This document shows positions 55,155 through 64,000 of a stretch of DNA of 64,000 bases, piece after piece. This DNA comes from Octopus vulgaris. Lineage: Eukaryota. The DNA is taken from contig OX597825.1 in assembly GCA_951406725.2 (NCBI GenBank), forward strand, positions 69,812,001 to 69,876,000. Reading direction: 5' to 3'. The notes under the pieces were generated by a model, which made no database searches, was not told where the DNA came from, and was given only the letters and a program-made list of their open reading frames with translations. Each line of letters opens with the position of its first letter. The stretch's first letter is position 1. Made by a program: the position numbers and the translations under genes.

Positions 55155-55425
55155 TGCTTAGCGGTAATTTGTCCGTCATAATGTTCCGAGTTCAAATTCC
55201 GCCGAGGTCGGCTTTGCCTTTCATCCTTTCGGTGTCGATAAATTAAGTACTAGTGAACCACTGGGGTCGATGTAATTGACTATTCCCCTCACCCAAATTT
55301 CAGGCCTTGTGCCTATAGTAGAAAAGATTATGTTCTGAGTTCAAATTCCGTCGACGTCGACATAGCTTTTTACCCTTTCAGGGTCGGTAAAATAAGTACC
55401 ACTTAAACAATGGGGTCGATATAAT
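55155..55425 (+). mobile_element. Two tandem 5'-truncated family-M SINE units
   Basis: GTTC.GAGTTCAAATTCC core occurs twice. Confidence 0.8.
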
Positions 55426-55874
55426 TTGAAGTCAGTATTATTCTAAGCACCATGAAAGTTCGTATATCAAAGACACGTTGTAAAAAGCCTATTTTTTAAA
55501 ACTATTATTATTAACGAATTTCACTACCTCATAATTACTGGAAATGAATACATTCCGCATGAGGTTAATATCTTAAGTAGATTAATAAGATTAATAAGTA
55601 GATTAATAATATAATAATAAGATAGTAGTACAAGGATATAACATTAATAAGATAGCATTTAATTAACCATCATTTATTATAGTAGAAAGCTGCATTCAAA
55701 CGTATCTTGTCTACTGTTCCTCTGTTCAAAAACTCAATCTGAAATCACGGATAGGTTACCAATTCTGAGAATTATACATTCAATAGTTCTATGGGATTAT
55801 ATATTCCTTCTATAATCGTAAATTTCGCTTGAGAATAGTTGGTTAAGCAGATAGAAGGAGAGATACAAGAAAGC

Positions 55875-55876
<2 letters not shown>

Positions 55877-55933
<57 letters not shown>
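55877..55933. repeat. (GATA)n microsatellite about 160 nt upstream of exon C
   Basis: Direct reading. Confidence 0.95.
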
Positions 55934-55934
<1 letters not shown>

Positions 55935-56095
55935 AAGAGACAGATTGAGAGGGAGAGCGAAGCTGAGTGAGGTAGGGATGCGTTCTCAAAACTATAAAGT
56001 TAGACTATAGCTATATAACGAAACGAAATAGAAATGAGTCGTGTGTTTCGATTGATTTAACAGAATCTAATGAGCAATTTTATTTCTCTGTACAG

Positions 56096-56201
56096 GCTAT
56101 GCATCAAGATTTATGCGATGGAAAACCGCATCTCTGTGATAAAATGTCGCCCATTAACGGTGAACTTTTGAAGCAATATCTATTAAAAGTAGACTTCCAA
56201 G
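56096..56201 (+). CDS. Internal exon C of the same mGluR-family gene (not in the ORF track)
   Basis: Acceptor tttctctgtacAG at 56094-56095 and donor GTaagg at 56202. Translates AMHQDLCDGKPHLCDKMSPINGELLKQYLLKVDFQ(G), the MHxxLC...LCxxM...G..L...L..V.F.G segment that directly follows exon B in mGluRs. Phase 0 in, phase 1 out. Confidence 0.93.
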
Positions 56202-56303
56202 GTAAGGAGACTATTTCTTTTTCCAAATCTTAGCCTAGATATACATACACAAGACTCACATACATACACACACGCACGAGAACACATTCACACACATACA
56301 CAT

Positions 56304-56357
<54 letters not shown>

Positions 56358-56450
56358 GTATATATCAGCGCATATACTTGTGTATATATAAATACATATA
56401 TATATAAATACATGTCTGTGTATATATGAGTGTGTATATATATATGTATA

Positions 56451-56481
<31 letters not shown>

Positions 56482-56529
56482 GTATGTATATATATATATA
56501 TATATTTATATACACATATACATATATAT

Positions 56530-56572
<43 letters not shown>

Positions 56573-57007
56573 CATGCGTGTGTGTGTATATGTAGATATA
56601 TGCAGCCATATTCTCATTAAAATGTAATCAGTTAAAATAACGTTTCGAGATCATTAGTGAAGAAATGCTGCCTTCTAGAGATTACACGTCCAAAAAGTAA
56701 GACCGTTTCCAAATGCATGATTAGACGATATCCTTATGTATGTTTCTAGATTTGATGTTCTGTTTTGCTGTTTAGGCTTACGCTAAGCTGGTGTACATCC
56801 ATAAGACTTCTATAATTATTTTTTAATAAAGCCTATAACCTGACCGTATGCTACAGTAACGCTGGCACTAATTAGAGTAATGTAGGTATAGTTTTTAGCG
56901 ATGGTACCATTCCTGGTTCTATTCCACTGCACGGAATTACATGAAATGAGGAAATAACTAATGCCACTCTATGATGAGTTAATATTGCAAGGCTTAAAAT
57001 CCTACGA

Positions 57008-57392
57008 GGAAGCACTCCGTCGGTTACGACGATGAGGGTTCCGGTTGATCCGAATCAACGGAACAGCCTGCTCGTGAAATTAACGTGCAAGTGGCTGAGC
57101 ACTCCACAGACACGTGTACCCTTAACGTAGTTCTCGGGGATATTCAGCGCGACACAGAGAGTGACAAGGCCGGCCCTTTGAAATACAGGTACAACAGAAA
57201 CAGGAAGTAAGATTGAGAGAAAGTTGTGGTGAAAGATTACAGTAGGGATCACCACCATCCCCTGCCGGAGCCTCGTGGAACTTTTAGGTGTTTTCGCTCA
57301 ATAAACACTCACAACGCCCGGTCTGGGAATCGAAACCGCGATCCTATGACCGCGAGTCCGCTGCCCTAACCACTGGGCCATTGCGCCTCCAC
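57008..57392 (-). mobile_element. Full-length OR-type SINE, tail variant A
   Basis: Near-identical to 12652-13038. Confidence 0.92.
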
Positions 57393-57424
57393 CCTATGGT
57401 GTAGATATGTATATATATATGTTT

Positions 57425-57711
57425 GCTTTTTTGTTTATTCCTTCTCGAGCCATGCCTAGCTCATTAGGGCAGGTTTCCCGCTTTCCATGGCTTATAGGTC
57501 CCCACCTGGACGGGACGCTGGTCCGAGTGGCAAGATGCTGGAGGAAAGAGTGAGAGAAAGTTGTGGCGAAAGAGTCAGCAGAAACTCGCCATTACCTTCT
57601 GTCAGCTTAAGTGTTTCGCTCATAAACACACAGATCGCCCGGTCTGAGATTCGAATCCGCGATCCCTCGACCGCGAGTCCGCTGCTCTAACCACTAGGCC
57701 ATGTGCTTCCA
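57425..57711 (-). mobile_element. OR-related SINE, variant D
   Basis: Reverse-complement similarity to 31264-31575. Confidence 0.82.
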
Positions 57712-57763
57712 TATGTATATATGTAGGATTGTTTTAAGCGAGCATATATACACATATATATAC

Positions 57764-57798
<35 letters not shown>

Positions 57799-59149
57799 CA
57801 CATACACGAGGGCTAACTGAAAAGATCCTGACTTTGGGTTGAAAAATACAGGAGGATCAGTTAATTATGATTTTATTCAACACATTCCTCTGTCAGATTC
57901 TCACACATATTGCAGCAGTCCTTCAGTTCTTTGAAGCCCTACAAAAACCACGTAAGACTGGGCCTCCAACCCGCCTACATCGATAGCAGTGCTCAACTAG
58001 TACTTATTTTATGGACCTTGAAAGGATGAAAGGCTATGTCGACCTCAGGTGAATCTGAACTCAGAACGCAAAGACGACCAATACGCTGCTAAGCATACTC
58101 TGCGGCTGATCTTTAGACAGGTCACATCTTTGCACACAATATACATATTAAAATATATAAATATATTTATATGAAAGTTTGCATAAGCAATGCGTATTCA
58201 TCTAGATATATATACATAATACATGTATGTATATTTATTTATATTAAGGGCATTACTATACATAAATGCCTCATGCTAGGATGGAATCTTAAAGTCAAAA
58301 CTACCATAATAAATACAATGTGTTTATCATGGTAGTTTGCCTCCTAGCGTGAGGCATTTATGTATAGCAATGCCCTTAATATAAATAAATACATTTAAAA
58401 TGAATAATTAATAGATTTCCCTTTAAGGCGTTTTTCACGCTAACTACTTGATAAATTCTCATAAAGATTTTATCCTATTTTTCAATTGTATGTATATTTA
58501 TATAAATTTGTATTTATTTGGGTTTATGTGGTTATGTACATACTATTTATCTTTATATACTTATGTATAAAACAAATAAACATACATAAATACTTTTATA
58601 TGCATATGTCAATGTGCACGTATATGTGGGTGTCTGTGGGGTTGTGTGTGTGTGTTGTGGATTTGAGTTGTACGGTCAAATGAATTAACTGCATCTGAAA
58701 TAACCTGTAAATGGCTAAATATTCCACAGTTTTAATTCGTTAGTAATTTGTTTAACTCAAATAAATATAATGACATAGACTAAGTCCATACGTAAGTTTC
58801 CCAAACCATAAAGCGCGTTGCGACAGCATGGTCGCTGTTTAATTATTCTAGCCAATTACTAAAAATAGAATAATATATTCGCTATTTTCTAATACTTTTC
58901 AAAATGATAAATCTATTAATGTTAGATTTAACAAAAAATTACACAACTGTTAAATCTTTATACTCGTCATAATATATTTTACGTATATCTTCGTTGATAT
59001 TTAGTTTGTATTTTACAAGGAAATCTTCCATAGCTATTGTTTTCATTTCGTGAACTTGTATGTAAACTGATAGTCCTATTAACTAATACAGTGTGGAATC
59101 TAAGTCACGCACCAACTCATTTAATATTGCACATCAATCCCATTTGGTT

Positions 59150-59500
59150 CCAGAATCGTAAAGAAAGGGAAAGAAAAAATACAATGCCTTAAAATTTGAA
59201 ATAGGAAGAATTTGGAGCATGCGAACAGTAAGGCTCGTGAATATAATGATTAGTGTGTTGATAACATTAAGCAAAGATATAGACAAATGGCTGAAGGAGA
59301 TCGAAATAGAATGCCCAGTAAAGATTCTACTGAAAGTTTGTCTCTTAGGTACAACAAGTATTATCGGGAGAGTTCTGAAGCACTTGAAAGACTGCTCAAA
59401 ATTAGTGGACACCTGAAGTTACTGGTAGTAACCCGCTATCCATATAAATCCTACCAAGAATAAAACCTAACCTAAGCCAAAGCAAAATAACGTAACAAAT
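59150..59500 (+). mobile_element. Decayed R4/Dong-clade LINE C-terminal (REL endonuclease) fragment
   Basis: KYNALKFEIGRIW..VRLVNIMISVL...KWLKEI.I.....LLKVCLLGTTSIIGRVL matches KYxDLxxEIxRLW...VVPIVIGALG...LQKxxLLGTxRIxRxVL. Confidence 0.75.
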
Positions 59501-62359
59501 AAAATGTCAAACGTTTTGGTGCGTGGTATTTGGCCTACCCTGTATTTATATATTTGATTTCATCTCGTGTTCTGCATTACATTGAGCTGCGCTGATTCTT
59601 TGTTGCAAGTGTATGTCCATCGTAAGAGAGTGTGTTGGTGTAAGAGTTTGTTTTACGGAGATTATATCTTCGATATTTAAATTACAACTTGTATAATTTT
59701 CATTTCCGGCGTTGACAGCCTTACAACAGCATTTCTATGATTCTTTGTGATTTATAGCAATGCATGAGAACAACATATTATTATCGTCCTTTGTTTCTAA
59801 TGCCGAGACTAATATGGTCTTGAAACGTGAATAAACCAATATGTTAGGGAAATGGATTTTTCCACACAAAATATAACATGCAAATAAGGAAATTGGTAAA
59901 AATAGCTTAATAGCATTATTATCCCTTTAATATATTCTTTATCATTTTTGGCACAAGGCCAGCAGTTTTGAGAGGAATGAGCAAGTCAGTTATATGTGTT
60001 CCATAGTACTTATTTTATTGACCCTGAAAACAGGAATTAGAACTCAGAATGTAAAGAGCCGGGAGAAACGCCACAACATTCAACGTACTTAATGCTTCGG
60101 TAAGCTCTCGACCCTTGTGTCCAAACATATTACAACGGAGGTGATGCTGTTATGCAAACTAATATCTTGGATCGCATACAGAGAAGATATTCGGCTGCTT
60201 GGCATTCCATCACTAATAGACATATTCCACGCTCTGTTCTACGAGCGAGCTTTTTTTTCCCTCACTGTCATTTCTTTTGCTACTACTATGACCCCTGCAT
60301 TTCGATCGATACTGGCTGACCTCGTACCTCCGCCTCTCGAGTAACTTTGACTCACTCATTTCCCTACGTCTCGTCGCACTTGCGTACTGTCCTTCATGCC
60401 CATTTCCTCACCCTCGGGTCATTGGCCCAGTGGAATCAACTTGCATCTGATGTCTTTCCAACAGGTAAGAGCTGCAATAATTTAAACGGTATCAGTAATA
60501 AGGGCAACAGTCTCTCCATTCACGAGGTAGGTTAGGCAAGGGTCATATGCTCAGCCCTTTCTCTCACACTCAGCACAGTATGGAGTAAGAAGCAAAGAAA
60601 ATCCCAAACATTATATTTTTCATTTATTCTTTCAAGCAAGTAAGGTGGTAAGTTGGCTGAATCGTTAGAATGTCAGAAAAAGAGCTGCAATATTTCTACA
60701 ACTCATGTTCTACGATCAAATTCTGGGCTGGTCGACTTTGTTTTCTATGCTTTCGTAATCGATAAAGTACTTACCAGTTTAGTACTGATGTCAATGTACT
60801 CGACATATTCATTTTTTTCCCTAAAATTTTCTGGTTGCTTGCCAGAATTTGAAACCTGGCTCAATTTATTTTTTAGTTCAAATGTTACCGAGGTCTACTC
60901 TGCCTTTTATCCCTTCGGAGTCGATAAAATAAGTATAAGTTCAGCACTAATTGTGAAATGGAAGTGCTAGCGAACACTATACTTGAGATTTAATAAATAA
61001 TTTGAAGTGGCGTAACATAGAATTTACAAGAGTATTTCATGCTAGCAGTGAACAGGTTCCATTACTTAGCTGGTTTTGAAAGATGCATGTATGTAGGGTT
61101 CTTTAAGAGCTCGAGGATCTCACAGATGCAAAATCAGCTAAGAATTACTAGCCTTGTGCCGAAATTTGAAACCAAAATTTCAAGCAAGGTTATATTCGAG
61201 TTTAACTGCTATAATAATCGTTTTAACATTCCCTGGATATTTGGTGTTACATATTATAATACCAATTTAATCAGAGACCATTTCAATGCATATTCGTCCA
61301 TATTGAAAAACAATTCCGCAGTTCTTCAGATGGTTGTATTTCATGCTACACGTTAATGGAATTTAGATTTTAGTGTCGATCTCATTCAATTGAATATGTT
61401 TTCCCTTTTATCATATCAATCCTGAAATGTATTTAGAATGGCAATAAAATATTAATGGACATTGGGGATTCTTATTTTAACATTTTACTCAAATAAATAT
61501 TCATTCTCAGAAAGCAATTACGGAATCTTTTAATGTTCTCCTTGGGATATCAAACCCATAATTCTATACTAAAATGATTAAACAAGTTGCTAATTCTCGG
61601 AGTGGAATTAACAATGTCGATTATCGTATTAAATCTGGAGTTATTGGTATCGTCATAAATCTGGATACTTTTTGTTTTGTTACATTTAAAATAGTTGTAA
61701 TTTAACGTTATTTGTAAGCTTTAATAAATTTCAATATATATTTGTAAATTGAATGCTGTCATGTTAACATATGAAAGGGATGTTGATTACATTGACTGAT
61801 AAAATATTCGGTTTTCACAAAATTTTGCAACTAATTCGAGCTAACATACTTTGAGTTATATAATTTAGTATAGAGTTGTTTTAAAAACACCTGCAAGGAT
61901 TGAATAAAATTCAATGTTTCAATTTATGTTCAATTTGTCATTTAGACATAAAACCAGCTATTTGGAGGGGAGGGAAAACTAGCCAATGATATCAACTTCA
62001 ATGTTTGATTTGTAATTTATTTCGTAGTCTCGGGAGGGATAAAAGTAAAAATTGATCTCGACTACATTTGAACTGAGAACTAAACTAAATAGTGGCATTT
62101 TATCCGACACTAACGAATCTTGTAATTTACCAAATTATTTTTGATTTATATATAATGGTTTGTGTGAAGGCACGTAACCTAGTGGTCAGAGTGGTACGAT
62201 CGCAAGATCGCAGTTTTGATTCCATTGCGTTCTTGAACAAAACATTCTACATTGTACCTCTCTCCTCAGCTGTAAGTGAATAACAGTTCCAAAGCCTGGC
62301 GTCTCGTTCAAGCGGAACGTTATGTTCTTGGATATATGCCATAGAAACCAGGTAAATTT

Positions 62360-62579
62360 CACACAGAGTGTGACAAGGCTGGCCCTTTGAAATACAGCTA
62401 CACCAGACAGAAACAAGAAAGAGTGAAAGTTGTGTTGAAAGGGTACAGCAGATTTCACCACCTACCGCTGCCGGAGCGTCGTGGAACTTTAGATGTTCTC
62501 GCTCAATAAACACTCACAATGCCCGGTCTGGGAATCGAAACCGCGATCCTTTGACCACGAATCCGCTGCCCTAACCACT
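62360..62579 (-). mobile_element. Partial OR-type SINE facing a + strand SINE remnant (about 62165-62350)
   Basis: Matches the core of variants A and C. Confidence 0.78.
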
Positions 62580-64000
62580 TTTAGAGCCTTTACAATAGTC
62601 AAAATAATTACAATGTTCAAAATACGCAATAACACACCATTTAAAGATTCAGTCTTAATATTTCGTGCGTCTAGTTGGGTTGTAAAATTCTTAACGTGAA
62701 GTCTATGTTTAACATTCAGGTTGAGGTACATTGGGACATTTATTTCGCCAATGCAAAATTAATGCACTGGTTACATTCCATTCCATTATTATTATGAGAT
62801 AATTAACTAATTAATCATTTGGTCAATCGAGTTTTGTTTGTTGGTTGCTCATGAGAGTAGACGTACGCTTCTTCATCTCCCAATGAATAGCATAGATCAA
62901 CTGCTTATAAAGCAGTCCTGAATCCACGGGAGATGTGGATTCCTTTCCACGATCAAACTTCGACTTCTTTCTATTCAACGAGTTTCTAATCCAGTGCATA
63001 GACGCTATTTTTATAGCTTTATTTGCTTCAAGATTCATTGTTCCTAAAATGAACTCAGTCTATTTTTATATACACTTGTTTAGCACATCTTTATTGTTCC
63101 AACTTCTAATCATGAGTGTCACGACGTGTTTTCCTGCTATAGCATGCATTGCGACTAACCGTTAATATCGATTTTCAATGAACAGAAATAACATCGACCT
63201 TGCTCGTCATGATTCATCACCAAGCCTTTCATTAAAAAAAAAAGCATATAGAAATTGAGAACAATTAATGAAGCTTCTTAACCTGACGATCGATAATTGC
63301 GAAGAAAATTACATACTACTTGATCGTATTTCTGTGCACGATTTTGTTGTAGAATTCTAGGGGTTTTCAAGAGTCACTTAAATAGTTTGAGAACCAGCGA
63401 ACACGACCTCTCCACTTTGAATTTCCACGTCTGAAAAGGTTAGAAATTTCTTGTTGTGAAATGGAAGTGCTAGCGAACACTATACTTGAGATTTAATAAA
63501 TAATTTGAAGTGGCGTAACATAGAATTTACAATAGTATTTCATGCTAGCAGTGAACAGGTTCCATTACTTAGCTGGTTTTGAAAGATGCATGTATGTAGG
63601 GTCCTTTAAGAGCTCGAGGATCTCACAGATGCAAAATCAGACCAGCGTTGTGTAACAATTTGTGGCAATACTAAAGTGGCTACAAATTTTATATTCATAG
63701 AATTGCGCTTAATTCAATCAAAGCTAGTGAAAGAAAAGTATAGGTAATGATTAATTGAAGCCGCTAGTAGTAAAAAAAAATCTTGTTAAATAAGTATATC
63801 AGATTTACTGGTTAATTTTGTTATTTATAATATATGTCAATATATATGTATATACAAACACACATACACATATATACATGTATTTACGCATCTACATACA
63901 AGTGTATACATTAATATTTACATATATGATATACCAGAGAAATTTTATAGACATTTATTATCCGACAAGATGTTTAACGACTATTGTATGTATGTAGTTA

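Overview
AT-rich, microsatellite-saturated animal genomic DNA. The SINE families and repeat landscape point to an octopus or other coleoid cephalopod (inference). The whole window appears to lie inside one + strand gene. Three internal exons (9489-9631, 15303-15587, 56096-56201; GT-AG, phases 1-0-0-1) splice into 178 stop-free codons of the Venus-flytrap domain of a class C GPCR (metabotropic glutamate receptor family). The sequence most resembles the glutamate-insensitive mXR/mangetout type. The gene's start and end lie outside the window. The introns (one is 40.5 kb) hold at least three tRNA-derived SINE families, RTE and R4/Dong LINE fragments, a non-autonomous Helitron, mariner-like remnants and decayed Penelope-like elements (PLEs). 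The most interesting non-coding signal is a set of small elements inserted in or beside (TA)n tracts that carry PLE-type hammerhead ribozyme motifs. One hammerhead core looks intact (45943-46035, minus strand). Another sits in a composite of tRNA head, hammerhead and PLE-like tail (47647-48055). Almost all ORFs in the supplied track are microsatellite or SINE artefacts. Family names come from recalled consensus motifs, not database searches.
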